Assembly: GCA_964543105.1 (NCBI GenBank)
Contig: CAZIXV010000001.1
Coordinates: 1 to 42,442, forward strand
DNA length: 42,442 nucleotides
Source of the DNA: an uncultured Steroidobacteraceae bacterium
GTDB taxonomy: Bacteria; Pseudomonadota; Gammaproteobacteria; Steroidobacterales; Steroidobacteraceae
Reading direction: 5' to 3'
Shown: positions 22,151-31,861 of the stretch, one piece after another
How positions within the stretch are numbered: position 1 is the stretch's first letter
Layout: each line of letters begins with the position of its first letter
Notes under the pieces: model-generated
What the model saw: the letters and a program-made list of their open reading frames with translations, nothing else
Databases searched by the model: none
Told to the model about the DNA's origin: nothing
Program-made: the position numbers and the translations under genes

Positions 22151-24529
22151 ATGCTCGACCCGACCGACACCGACAATCCGGCTGTTCGCAATCGCTCACG
22201 CACGCCGGCCGGGCTGGTGCTCGCGATGGCGCTCTTACCTGTGTTCCGCGTTTCCGCGAATTGCCCCGCACCGATCGATCCCGCCGCAGCCGACGATGTG
22301 AGCTTCGATGCCATCGATCCAAACACTGCGATCGGGATCGAGGCCGATTCGGTCGAAGCAACCCGCGATGGTCCCCTGCAATTACAAGGCGATGTCACGA
22401 TTCGCCAGGGTCCGCGGACCATCAAGACCCGCGATGCAACGCTCGATCCCACGACGAACGCATTCTCCGTCAACAGCGGCGTCGAACTTTCTGATCCAAC
22501 GCTGCGAATCCGCGGCACGGGCGCCCAGATCGATCCGGTCGGCGGCGCGACCTTTCAGGGAGCAGAGTTCGAGTTGCCGGCCATCTCGGCACGGGGCGCC
22601 GCAGACCAGGTCAGCGCAACACCCACGGGCGAGCTCTCACTCGATGGTGTTCGCTACACCACCTGCCCCATCGGCAATGAAGATTGGCTGCTGAGCGCCT
22701 CGAGCATCGACATCAGCCAACAACGCGGCATCGGCACCGGGCGCAATGTGCGTCTCGACTTCAAGGGCGTACCGATTCTTTACGTGCCTTATTTTTCGTT
22801 TCCGGTCGGCAACGAGCGCAAGTCCGGATTCCTGTATCCAAGCTTCGGCAGTTATTCGCGCGACGGCTTGTCAGTGCCCTGGTACTGGAACATCGCACCG
22901 AACTTGGATGCGACGCTCGTACCCACTTTCGACCACCGCCGCGGTGCGAAGCTCGACACGGAGTTTCGATATCTGCTGTCGAACGGTCACGGGACGTTCG
23001 ATGCCCAGTACCTGCCGAACGATCGCCAGCGCGACGGCGGCTCGCGCACGCTATTCCGGTTTATCAATCAGACCGACTTCACGAACTCCTTGCGTCTCGA
23101 TCTGGAAGGCGCCAACGCGAGCGACGATCAATGGTTCGAGGATTTCGGCCAGGGACCTGCAGGCACGAGCGTGATGTACCTGACGCGCAGCGCGCAGCTC
23201 TCCTATTTGACTCGCAATTGGCTGGTGTACGCGCGGGCGCAGAATTTTCAAACGATCGACGCCGCCATTCCCGAGCGCAGCCGGCCGCTCACATTGTTGC
23301 CGCAGATCGGCGTGCGCGGCTCATTGCCGCAGCAACCCTACGGTCTGGAATTCTCGCTCGATGGCGAATTGGCGAATTTCGACCGCGTGTTGGATGACCC
23401 GGGCATCCTGCAAAGCGGCGCCCGCCTCGACGTCGCGCCACAGGTGCGCATGCCATTGCGCGGCGCCGGCATTTATCTCGAGCCCGCAGCGGCATGGCGC
23501 TACACCGCCTACAAGCTCCACGATGTTGAGGGGCCGGATTCTCCGTCGCGCTCTGCGCCAATTTTCAGCGTCGATGGCGGCATGAGCTTCGAGCGCACGA
23601 CCGGTTCGCGCGACCAGCGACTGCAGACGCTCGAACCGCGCTTCATGTATCTCTACGTGCCCTATCGAGACCAGACCGACCTACCGGTGTTCGACACGAC
23701 AGTCGCCGATCTGAATCTGGTCCGGCTGTTTCGCAACAACCGCTATGTCGGCGGCGACCGCTTGAGCGACGCCAATCAATTGAGCGTAGGCGTGACCTCA
23801 CGACTGCTCGATTCGCGCACTGGCAAGCAATTCATTTCTGCGACAATCGGCCAGGCCTATTACTTCCGAACCCCGCGTGTCACCTTGCCGGGCGAAGTCT
23901 TCGATGACACCGAAACCTCGGACTTCATTGCGGAGCTCGATCTCACCGCTTATCAGAACTGGAACATCCGCATGGGTGTTCAGTGGGATCCGAGCGACCA
24001 GCACTCCGAGCGTGGTGACATCCAGATCCAATATCGTCCCAGTCATGATCGCGTCGTAAACCTGGGCTACCGGTTTCGCCGCGGCATTTTCGAAACGAAC
24101 CTCGACCCCCTCGCGCCGCCCTCTCCACCGGGCGATCCAACGCAACCCGGCGCTCCGACACAGCCGGCAGAGCCGATGCCTTCCCCCTCTCAGCTGACGA
24201 TGCGCCGGGGCGATCTCGAGCAGCTCGACGGTTCGGTCGCCTGGCCCATCGGCGAGCGCTGGAGCGCCTACGCGCGGATGGTGTATTCGCTCGAAGATGA
24301 GCAGGCGCTCGATCAATTCGCCGGTCTCGAATACCGATCTTGCTGCTGGAAATTGCGACTCGTCGGGCGCCGTTACGTGAGCAACCGCGACGGCGATATG
24401 GATACGAGCATCCTGCTGCAGCTTGAACTCAACGGCCTATCCAATGTCGGAACCGACGCGGATGCTTTTCTGGAGCGTTCGATTCGGGGATACTCCCTGA
24501 GCCCACCTGAGTCGTCCGCAACTCGTTGA
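22151..24529 (+). CDS. lptD: LPS assembly protein LptD
   Basis: YTTCP, ERKSGFLYP, YWNIAPNLDAT, QTLEPR-YLYVP, DRLSDANQ, EYRSCCW; precedes surA. Confidence 0.95.
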   Translation: MLDPTDTDNPAVRNRSRTPAGLVLAMALLPVFRVSANCPAPIDPAAADDVSFDAIDPNTAIGIEADSVEATRDGPLQLQGDVTIRQGPRTIKTRDATLDPTTNAFSVNSGVELSDPTLRIRGTGAQIDPVGGATFQGAEFELPAISARGAADQVSATPTGELSLDGVRYTTCPIGNEDWLLSASSIDISQQRGIGTGRNVRLDFKGVPILYVPYFSFPVGNERKSGFLYPSFGSYSRDGLSVPWYWNIAPNLDATLVPTFDHRRGAKLDTEFRYLLSNGHGTFDAQYLPNDRQRDGGSRTLFRFINQTDFTNSLRLDLEGANASDDQWFEDFGQGPAGTSVMYLTRSAQLSYLTRNWLVYARAQNFQTIDAAIPERSRPLTLLPQIGVRGSLPQQPYGLEFSLDGELANFDRVLDDPGILQSGARLDVAPQVRMPLRGAGIYLEPAAAWRYTAYKLHDVEGPDSPSRSAPIFSVDGGMSFERTTGSRDQRLQTLEPRFMYLYVPYRDQTDLPVFDTTVADLNLVRLFRNNRYVGGDRLSDANQLSVGVTSRLLDSRTGKQFISATIGQAYYFRTPRVTLPGEVFDDTETSDFIAELDLTAYQNWNIRMGVQWDPSDQHSERGDIQIQYRPSHDRVVNLGYRFRRGIFETNLDPLAPPSPPGDPTQPGAPTQPAEPMPSPSQLTMRRGDLEQLDGSVAWPIGERWSAYARMVYSLEDEQALDQFAGLEYRSCCWKLRLVGRRYVSNRDGDMDTSILLQLELNGLSNVGTDADAFLERSIRGYSLSPPESSATR

Positions 24530-24575
24530 GTTTGTGGCGAAAAGCATTTTCTCTTCTTGTCAGGCGACCCATTGC

Positions 24576-25886
24576 ATGAAATTTGCGCGTCTTGCTTCGC
24601 TTCTCTTGAGCTTTGCACTGCTGCCCACGATCGTGACGGCGCAGACGCGGGAGCTGTCCTCGAGCGGCGTGTTACTCGATCGCATCGCTGCGGTCGTCAA
24701 CGATGGCATCGTGTTGACGAGCGAACTGGACGAACAAACCGAAGAGATCATTGCGCGTCTGCGCCAACAGAACACCGAACTGCCGCCGCGCAACGTATTG
24801 CGCCGGCAGATTCTGGAACGTCTCGTCATCGAAGAAATTCAGATGCAGCGCGCCGATCGCCTCGGCATCCAAGTGTCGGATGACATGCTGAATGGCGCGC
24901 TGGCGGATGTGGCCGAACGCAACGGCATGAGCTTCGCCGATTTGCCTCGCCAACTCGAAGCGCAAGGCATCGACTACCGCAGCTATCGCGAAGAGATTCG
25001 TAAGCAGCTCACGCTGCAATTGCTGCGGCAGCGTGACGTCCTCGGACGCATCAATATCTCTCCCCGCGAACTCGAACAAGCCATGGCGCGCTATCAGAAC
25101 ACGCCAGATATGAACAGCGAGTACAACGTCTCCCATATCTTGATCTCGGTTCCGGTCACGGCATCGCCCGAACAGATCGAGGCGCGTGAAGCGCGCGCCC
25201 GCGAAGTGTGGGAAAAGGCCAAGGCAGGCCAGGACTTCGCGCAGCTCGCCGTCACCTATTCCGAGAGCTCGACAAACATCGAAGGCGGATCGCTCGGCTG
25301 GCGCAATGGCTCGCAGCTGCCGTCGATCATCAGCGACCTGATTCCAGGGATGCAGCCGGGCGATGTGTCCGATCCGGTGCGTACCCCCAGCGGCTTTCAC
25401 CTGTTTCGCTTGAATGAGGTACGCGGCGGATTGCAACAGGCCGTGCAGTCGCAGGTTCATGCGCGACACATTCTGCTGCGCACGAACGAACTCGAAGATG
25501 ACCAGACCGTGCAACAGAAGCTTGCCGACATTCGCCGGCGCATCATCGAAGACGGAGAAGACTTCGGCGCCATCGCTGCGGTGACGTCGAACGATCCGGG
25601 CTCGGCACCGCAGGGCGGTGATCTGGGTTGGGCCGGCCCCGGCACTTTCGTACCGGAATTCGAACGTCAAATCGAAGCCTTGGAAGAAAACGAAATCAGT
25701 CAGCCGTTCCAGACGCAATTCGGCTGGCACATCGTGCAAGTGCTCGGCCGTCGCGTACACGACATCACTCAAGACAAATTGCGCCAGCAGGTTTTCGCGC
25801 AGCTGCGTGAATCCAAGGCGGAAGAAGAAACCGAATTGTGGCTGCGACGTTTGCGCGATGAGGCGTTCGTCGAGTACCGCATGTAA
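24576..25886 (+). CDS. surA: Periplasmic chaperone/PPIase SurA
   Basis: LDRIAAVVNDG, two parvulin domains (SHILI, ARHILL, GGDLGW), LRDEAFVE. Confidence 0.95.
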   Translation: MKFARLASLLLSFALLPTIVTAQTRELSSSGVLLDRIAAVVNDGIVLTSELDEQTEEIIARLRQQNTELPPRNVLRRQILERLVIEEIQMQRADRLGIQVSDDMLNGALADVAERNGMSFADLPRQLEAQGIDYRSYREEIRKQLTLQLLRQRDVLGRINISPRELEQAMARYQNTPDMNSEYNVSHILISVPVTASPEQIEAREARAREVWEKAKAGQDFAQLAVTYSESSTNIEGGSLGWRNGSQLPSIISDLIPGMQPGDVSDPVRTPSGFHLFRLNEVRGGLQQAVQSQVHARHILLRTNELEDDQTVQQKLADIRRRIIEDGEDFGAIAAVTSNDPGSAPQGGDLGWAGPGTFVPEFERQIEALEENEISQPFQTQFGWHIVQVLGRRVHDITQDKLRQQVFAQLRESKAEEETELWLRRLRDEAFVEYRM

Positions 25887-25906
25887 GACGGCATCTGCCG
25901 TCTTAC
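25883..25906. other. Perfect 11-bp inverted repeat overlapping the surA stop
   Basis: GTAAGACGGCA-TC-TGCCGTCTTAC; no U-tract. Confidence 0.65.
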
Positions 25907-25913
25907 CGCACGC

Positions 25914-26909
25914 ATGACCCCGCCCCGCCTCATCGTCACTTCCGGCGAGCCTGCGGGTATCGGTCCGGATCTGTGCATCGCGATTGCCCAGCGGGTCTGG
26001 GATTGCGAATTGGTGTTCGCGGGCGATCACGATTTATTCGTGGAGCGCGCCCGCGCGCTAAACGCTGCGCTCACGTTTCGTCGCTATGACCCTTCAGCGC
26101 CGATTCGCCCCCACGACGCCGGCACGCTGCCCGTCTTAGACATCCCAACGATCGCCCCATCGGTCGCAGGCAAACTCGACCGCGCCAATGCACGGTACGT
26201 TCTGAACCTGCTGGATCGCGCCATCGACGGCTGCGTCAGCGGCGAGTTCGCGGCGGTCGTGACCGCGCCGGTGCAAAAGAGCGTGATCAGCGACAGCGGG
26301 GTACGATTTTCCGGGCACACGGAATATCTCGCCGAGCGCACAGGCGCCCCATTGCCGGTGATGCTGTTGGCAGCGGACACGTTGCGCGTGGCGCTCGCCA
26401 CCACGCATTTGCCCTTGAGCGAGGTCAGCCGCGCGATCACGCAGCAGCTGCTGCGCGATGTGATCCGCATTCTCGATACCGATCTGCGTACGAAATTTGG
26501 CATCCCGGCCCCACGCATCCTGGTGTGTGGCTTGAATCCACATGCGGGCGAATCCGGGCATCTCGGCCGCGAAGAGATCGACACGATCATTCCCTCGCTC
26601 GACTCCTTGCGTCGCGAAGGCGTGCAACTCATCGGCCCTGCGCCTGCCGATACGGCCTTCACGCCGCGCATGCTCGCGCAGGCCGACGCCGTACTCGCCA
26701 TGTTTCACGATCAAGGCTTGCCGGTATTGAAGTACGCCGGCTTCGGCCATGCCGTGAATGTGACACTCGGACTGCCGATCGTGCGCACCTCCGTTGATCA
26801 CGGCACGGCGCTCGAACTCGCGGGCACCGGCAAAGCCGATGCGGGCAGCCTGATCGCAGCGGTCGATCTGGCGCTTCAACTCGCACACTCCGCTGGACGC
26901 CGCGCCTGA
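25914..26909 (+). CDS. pdxA: 4-hydroxythreonine-4-phosphate dehydrogenase
   Basis: [40 protein letters not shown]. Confidence 0.96.
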   Translation: MTPPRLIVTSGEPAGIGPDLCIAIAQRVWDCELVFAGDHDLFVERARALNAALTFRRYDPSAPIRPHDAGTLPVLDIPTIAPSVAGKLDRANARYVLNLLDRAIDGCVSGEFAAVVTAPVQKSVISDSGVRFSGHTEYLAERTGAPLPVMLLAADTLRVALATTHLPLSEVSRAITQQLLRDVIRILDTDLRTKFGIPAPRILVCGLNPHAGESGHLGREEIDTIIPSLDSLRREGVQLIGPAPADTAFTPRMLAQADAVLAMFHDQGLPVLKYAGFGHAVNVTLGLPIVRTSVDHGTALELAGTGKADAGSLIAAVDLALQLAHSAGRRA

Positions 26910-26919
26910 GTCGCTGCCC

Positions 26920-26954
26920 AACCGCTAACTGCCGTCCGCTAATCGCTACTCGCA
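26920..26954. repeat. Degenerate heptamer array (AACCGCT family) ending at the rsmA start codon
   Basis: aaccgct aactgcc gtccgct aatcgct actcgca then ATG; reverse complement of the 1550-1584 unit. Confidence 0.7.
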
Positions 26955-27773
26955 ATGCATCGCGCCCGTAAACGTTTTGGTCAGCACTTTCTGCATGAGC
27001 GCGGCGTGATCGAGAACATCATCGCGGCGATCGCGCCCTCTCCCGGCGAGCGGCTCGTCGAGATCGGCCCAGGTCTCGGTGCGATCACTCTGCCATTGCT
27101 CGATCGCATCGGCGAACTCGATGCGGTGGAAATCGACCGCGATGCGATCCGTCATCTGCGTGATCAAGCAGCAAGCCGCGGCACATTGAAAATTCACGAA
27201 GCGGATGTGCTCGACTTCGATTTCGCGCAACTTGCCGGCGAAGAACGGATCCGGCTCGTGGGCAACCTGCCCTACAACATCTCCACACCTTTGCTTTTCC
27301 GGCTCATCGAGCAGCGCGAGTTGTTTATCGATATGCACTTCATGCTGCAAAAGGAAGTCGTCGAGCGCATGGCGGCGCAGGCTCGCGACGAGGCCTATGG
27401 ACGCCTATCGGTCATGCTCGCGCCCTGGCTGAAAGTACAACCGCTGTTCGATATCGGACCGGGTGCGTTCAAACCGCCGCCGCGAGTCGATTCGACGTTT
27501 GTGCGGCTCATCCCGCATGCGCAGCCGCCCTTCGAACTCGGCGACCTGCGCAAATTCTCGAGCATCGTCGCCGCTGCGTTTTCGCAGCGGCGCAAGACCC
27601 TACGCAATTCTTTGAAGTCGCTGTTATCGGAAGCGGCGATCTGCGCAGCCGGCGTCGATCCTGGCGCGCGCGCGGAAACGATCTCGCCAGCGGGGTTTGC
27701 GGCGCTCGCCGAGCAGCTGGCAGATGGCCTGTGTACAAAGAGCGACAGGGATGACGATAATCGCGCGGGGTAG
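26955..27773 (+). CDS. rsmA: 16S rRNA adenine dimethyltransferase RsmA/KsgA
   Basis: RKRFGQHFL, EIGPGLG, GNLPYNIST, MLQKEV, QRRKTLRN. Confidence 0.97.
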   Translation: MHRARKRFGQHFLHERGVIENIIAAIAPSPGERLVEIGPGLGAITLPLLDRIGELDAVEIDRDAIRHLRDQAASRGTLKIHEADVLDFDFAQLAGEERIRLVGNLPYNISTPLLFRLIEQRELFIDMHFMLQKEVVERMAAQARDEAYGRLSVMLAPWLKVQPLFDIGPGAFKPPPRVDSTFVRLIPHAQPPFELGDLRKFSSIVAAAFSQRRKTLRNSLKSLLSEAAICAAGVDPGARAETISPAGFAALAEQLADGLCTKSDRDDDNRAG

Positions 27774-27791
27774 CCGAGCGGAGAACAGGCG

Positions 27792-28217
27792 ATGTCGAGC
27801 TATAAGAAGATTCTGCTGGTCGTCGATCTATCAGATGACAGCCAAGTCATCGGCCGACGCGCAAAGTCTTTCGCCGGCGATGCCGAAATCACCTTGTTGC
27901 ACGTCGTCGAATACGTTCCGGTCGAGCCCATGGGCGAAGCGTTGCTACCCACCGTCCAGATCGAAAGCGAACTCGTCGATCGCGCACGCAAGAAACTGGC
28001 CGAATTGGCGCAGCAGATCGGCCTGGAACATTGCGAGCAACTGGTCGAGACCGGCAGCATCAAAGCGGAAATCATTCGCGCCGCGCAACGTATGGGTTGC
28101 GACTTGATCGTACTCGGCAGTCGCGAACGTCACGGGCTCGCCATTCTGCTCAATTTCACCGAAGACACGATTCTGCACGCCGCGCCCTGCGACGTGCTCG
28201 CGGTGCGCTTGCACTAA
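27792..28217 (+). CDS. Universal stress protein (UspA family, single domain)
   Basis: YKKILLVVDLS, LLHVVE, DLIVLGSRERHG, HAAPCDVLAV. Confidence 0.9.
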   Translation: MSSYKKILLVVDLSDDSQVIGRRAKSFAGDAEITLLHVVEYVPVEPMGEALLPTVQIESELVDRARKKLAELAQQIGLEHCEQLVETGSIKAEIIRAAQRMGCDLIVLGSRERHGLAILLNFTEDTILHAAPCDVLAVRLH

Positions 28218-28315
28218 CCAGCTTGAGTCGGGACGTCGCCAATGCGCTCTCGCAGCGGGGCCGCATCGCGCCCTGCTACTGGTAAGATCGCGCGCGGTTC
28301 ACGACACCGAACACT

Positions 28316-28699
28316 ATGACAGCATCGCTTCCACACAAGATCCGCGTCGATGTGAGCGCCAACTACCTGGGCGAACAATCCAAACCGGAAGAAAGCCATT
28401 ACGTTTTCTCGTACACCATCACGATCCGCAACGAAGGCAAGGTGCCCGCACGCCTGCTCACGCGTCACTGGGTCATCACCGACGCCAATGGCAAAGTGAA
28501 AGAAGTACGCGGTGAAGGCGTCGTCGGCGAACAGCCCTACCTTCTCCCCGGCCAAGGCTTCCGTTACTCGAGCGCCGCCGTCATCGAAACCCCCGTCGGC
28601 GCGATGCAAGGCAGCTATCAGATGCTCGCCGACGACGGCGAACACTTCGACGCCCCCATCACCCCGTTCACACTGGCGATGCCAGGCTTGCTGCACTGA
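28316..28699 (+). CDS. apaG: ApaG protein
   Basis: YVFSYTITIRN, RHWVITD, GEGVVGEQP, GAMQGSYQM. Confidence 0.96.
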   Translation: MTASLPHKIRVDVSANYLGEQSKPEESHYVFSYTITIRNEGKVPARLLTRHWVITDANGKVKEVRGEGVVGEQPYLLPGQGFRYSSAAVIETPVGAMQGSYQMLADDGEHFDAPITPFTLAMPGLLH

Positions 28700-28702
28700 T
28701 AA

Positions 28703-28865
28703 CGGGCAACGGGTTGCGGGCCACGGGTTACGGCCAGAAGGGAACGATGAATTGCCCAGCAGCCCTTACGATCTATCACCACTCACCTCCTCCTCTGGCT
28801 GTAGCCTGTAGCCTCTGGCCTCGTAGCCTGCAGCCTTCCGACCGTAACCCGTAGCCCGTAGCCCC
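28703..28865. repeat. Inverted heptamer arrays (CGGGYNA-like ... TAGCCYG-like) between apaG and apaH
   Basis: Left cgggcaa cgggttg cgggcca cgggtta; right tagcctg tagcctc ... taacccg tagcccg tagcccc; same family as 4814-4946. Confidence 0.85.
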
Positions 28866-28871
28866 TGACCC

Positions 28872-29708
28872 ATGCCCACCTACGCCATCGGCGATATCCA
28901 AGGTTGTTGCGACGAGTTCGAAGCGTTGCTGGAAAAGCTCGACTTCGATCGAGCGCGTGATCGTTTATGGCTGGTCGGCGATCTCGTGAATCGTGGGCCG
29001 CGTTCGCTCGATGTGCTGAGGCTCGTGCGCACGCTCGGTGACGCGGTGACGACAGTGCTCGGCAATCACGATCTGCACTTGCTCGCGACGGCGTTGACGC
29101 AGACGCGCAAGCCGAAAGCAAAAGACACGCTCGATGACATTCTGGCAGCGCCGGATCGCGATGAGTTGCTCGACTGGCTGCGTCGACAGCCGCTGCTGCA
29201 TCACGACGCCGCACTCGGCTACACCATGATCCATGCCGGGCTGCCACCTGAATGGGATTTTGCGCAAGCCCGTGCTTGCGCCGCCGAAGTCGAGCAGGCA
29301 CTGCGCGACGATGCGGGCGCGCGCGAGTTGTTCACTGGAATGTACGGTGATCAGCCGGATCGCTGGTCGGACGACCTGCACGGCGTCGCGCGCCTGCGTT
29401 TCATCACGAATTGTTTGACGCGGCTGCGCTTCGTCCATCGCGACGGTCGGCTTGCCTTGAACTACAAGGGCACGCTCGAGGCTGCGCCGCCGGAACTGGT
29501 GCCGTGGTTTCGTGCGGAAAATCGCCGCACGCGCGAACTCAATATCGTCTGCGGGCACTGGTCGGCGCTCGGCTACTACGAGGGCGACGGTGTAACCAGC
29601 ATCGACACCGGCTGCGTCTGGGGCGCATCGCTGTGCGCGATCCGGCTGGATCAGCGCGCAGCGCCGGTCTGCATCGCATGTAGTTCGTCCGGGCTCAATC
29701 CGGATTAA
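28872..29708 (+). CDS. apaH: Symmetrical bis(5'-nucleosyl)-tetraphosphatase
   Basis: YAIGDIQGC, GDLVNRGP, LGNHD, GHWSALG, DTGCVWG. Confidence 0.96.
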   Translation: MPTYAIGDIQGCCDEFEALLEKLDFDRARDRLWLVGDLVNRGPRSLDVLRLVRTLGDAVTTVLGNHDLHLLATALTQTRKPKAKDTLDDILAAPDRDELLDWLRRQPLLHHDAALGYTMIHAGLPPEWDFAQARACAAEVEQALRDDAGARELFTGMYGDQPDRWSDDLHGVARLRFITNCLTRLRFVHRDGRLALNYKGTLEAAPPELVPWFRAENRRTRELNIVCGHWSALGYYEGDGVTSIDTGCVWGASLCAIRLDQRAAPVCIACSSSGLNPD

Positions 29709-30340
29709 GGCGCGTCATCTGCCGTCGGCATCGGCATCAATGCAGCAACGACGAGCCGTGGCTGCGCCATCGACGGCTGACTCGGTGTGCAGCGCATATT
29801 GTCCTCGACGATGCGAACGCCCAGTTCCGGGAACACGTTCTTCTTGAGCTGCTCGAGCAACTCGCAATCGCCTGGATCGAGATGAAGTCTGCCGCGGCCA
29901 AGTGAAACGCTTTGCCACTGCGCGAGAAATTGTTCTTCGTCACGCTGCGCCTGGCTTGCATCGCCGCGCGCGCGGGCGATGAGCTCGCGTTTGCTGCGAG
30001 TCTTTTCCAGTTCCGCCAGCGCTTCAGGCGTCGCTTCGACGGCGCTGGTGAGGCTGATTCGCAGTGATGGCAGTCGGGCGATTTCGTGTGGCGCGATGCA
30101 GCCGCGCGTCCGCAGCCGAATATCGCGAGCGCCTATTGCGTCCAGAATGCGCCTGACCTTCGCTTCCAAGCTCGTGCACGAATAGAACGTCGTGAAGCTC
30201 TGGAAATAGAAATCGATTTCCTGCTCCAGCCATACGGCTTGTACCGGCTCAGCCGATTCAGCCGTTTCCGCCGCGGCGCTCGCGTGCAGCGTTGCGAGGC
30301 ATGTGAGACCGATCGCGAGCGCATTGATCACTCGATTCAT
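29705..30340 (-). CDS. Hypothetical exported protein with four Cys and an internal duplication
   Basis: Signal peptide MNRVINALAIGLTCLATLHASA; start 30340 or 30346; fills the gap between apaH and nbaC. Confidence 0.7.
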   Translation of the reverse strand: MNRVINALAIGLTCLATLHASAAAETAESAEPVQAVWLEQEIDFYFQSFTTFYSCTSLEAKVRRILDAIGARDIRLRTRGCIAPHEIARLPSLRISLTSAVEATPEALAELEKTRSKRELIARARGDASQAQRDEEQFLAQWQSVSLGRGRLHLDPGDCELLEQLKKNVFPELGVRIVEDNMRCTPSQPSMAQPRLVVAALMPMPTADDAP

Positions 30341-30489
30341 TGGCATCTCTTGCGACTTGGAGCTTGAAAGCTTGCGACTACGACCCGGGCATTGTCTGCC
30401 CTCGAGCACCGATTGCAATAAGCGCTCGAGGACGCTGCTGCGACGCGTGTTCGCAGGGCTATACTCGCACCGCACCAACGGGAGACATC

Positions 30490-31002
30490 ATGAAAGCCTT
30501 GCAAGCCTTCAACTTCCGCCGCTGGATCGATGACCATCGCGAATTCTTGAAACCGCCGGTCTGCAATCGACAGGTCTTTCGCGAATCCGAATTCATCATC
30601 ATGGTGGTGGGCGGGCCGAATTCGCGGACCGACTACCACGACGACCCCGGCGAAGAATTCTTCTATCAACTCGAAGGCGACATGCTGCTCAAGACCATTC
30701 AGGACGGCGAGCGTGTCGACATTCCGATCAAGGAAGGTGAGATCCTGCTGCTACCGGCGCATGTACCGCATTCGCCGCAACGTTATGCGAATACCGTGGG
30801 GCTCGTGATCGAACGGCAACGGCGGGACGGCGAGCAAGATGGTTTCCTGTGGTATTGCGAGCAGTGCAACCATCCGCTCTATCAGGAGTATCTGGAAGTC
30901 ACTGACATCGTTGCGCAATTGCCGCCTGTTTTCGATCGCTTCTACGGCTCGATCGAAAACCGCACCTGCACCGCATGCGGCGCCGTTGCGCCGCCGCGCT
31001 GA
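30490..31002 (+). CDS. nbaC: 3-hydroxyanthranilate 3,4-dioxygenase
   Basis: LKPPVCN, VGGPNSRTDYH, EEFFYQLEG, PHSPQR, rubredoxin-like CEQC/CTAC; GGAG RBS. Confidence 0.95.
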   Translation: MKALQAFNFRRWIDDHREFLKPPVCNRQVFRESEFIIMVVGGPNSRTDYHDDPGEEFFYQLEGDMLLKTIQDGERVDIPIKEGEILLLPAHVPHSPQRYANTVGLVIERQRRDGEQDGFLWYCEQCNHPLYQEYLEVTDIVAQLPPVFDRFYGSIENRTCTACGAVAPPR

Positions 31003-31021
31003 GGCAATCAGGCACGTTGCC

Positions 31022-31861
31022 ATGAGCGCTATGAATCCGCTCGAACTGCACGTCACACTGCACGACCGCTCGTGGCGCGCGGACGTGAGTAATGCGCATG
31101 ACTTATCGATTCCGCTCGCCTTCGATGCGCCGCAACCGAATTTCTTCGGCGCGCCGATCGCAGCGGCGAGCGCATTGAGCGCCGGGAGCTTCGTCGGCGA
31201 GGTTCGCAAGGGTGGGAGTTGCAACTGCGCGACGTACACCCTGACACCGCATTGCAATGGCACACATACGGAATGCGTTGGACACCTCACCTCCGATCTC
31301 GTCGCGATCCGCGACGTCGCCGTGCCCGCCTTCATGATCGCCCGCGTCGTTACCGTTGCGCCGCGGAGCACACACGCCACGCGCGAGACTTCGGATCCCG
31401 CACCGCGCTCGGGGGATCAGCTCATTACGCGGGCATCGATCGAACATGCGCTGAATGATGCGCCGCTCGATGGCGCGCGCGCATTGATCGTGCGTTCGCT
31501 ACCGAACGACGTAGCGAAACAACATCGCCAGTACGGGCCCGAGTACCCCGCCGCGTATTTCACCCGGGAATGCATGGAATATCTCGTGGCGCTCGGCATC
31601 GAGCATCTGATCGTCGACCTGCCATCGATCGACCGCGCCGACGATGAAGGCCGACTGAGCGCACACCGCACCTTCTTTGGTTTGCCGTCAGGTGTTACCG
31701 ATGCCGGGCAAGCGCGCCGGCCCTTCGCCACCGTCACCGAACTCGCGTACATCGCCAATGACATTGCCGATGGCTGGTATGTGTTGAATCTGCAGCTTGC
31801 GCCCTTCGTCGCAGACGCTGCGCCAAGCCGCCCTCTGCTCTTACCTCTCATCCCACTATGA
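31022..31861 (+). CDS. Cyclase family metal hydrolase, probable kynurenine formamidase
   Basis: PHCNGTHTEC, VDLPSIDR, TELAY, DAAPSRP; inside the kynurenine operon. Confidence 0.75.
   Translation: MSAMNPLELHVTLHDRSWRADVSNAHDLSIPLAFDAPQPNFFGAPIAAASALSAGSFVGEVRKGGSCNCATYTLTPHCNGTHTECVGHLTSDLVAIRDVAVPAFMIARVVTVAPRSTHATRETSDPAPRSGDQLITRASIEHALNDAPLDGARALIVRSLPNDVAKQHRQYGPEYPAAYFTRECMEYLVALGIEHLIVDLPSIDRADDEGRLSAHRTFFGLPSGVTDAGQARRPFATVTELAYIANDIADGWYVLNLQLAPFVADAAPSRPLLLPLIPL

Noticed and set aside
25883-25906. TGCCGTCTTA as a Neisseria-type DNA uptake sequence or REP element
   Set aside because: Does not match GCCGTCTGAA and was seen only once; kept only as a hairpin
24672-26030. 452-aa ORF antisense to surA, and similar long antisense ORFs such as 2153-2971, 33450-34259 and 38924-39916
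   Set aside because: Shadow frames of well-supported genes, expected in GC-rich DNA; no motifs
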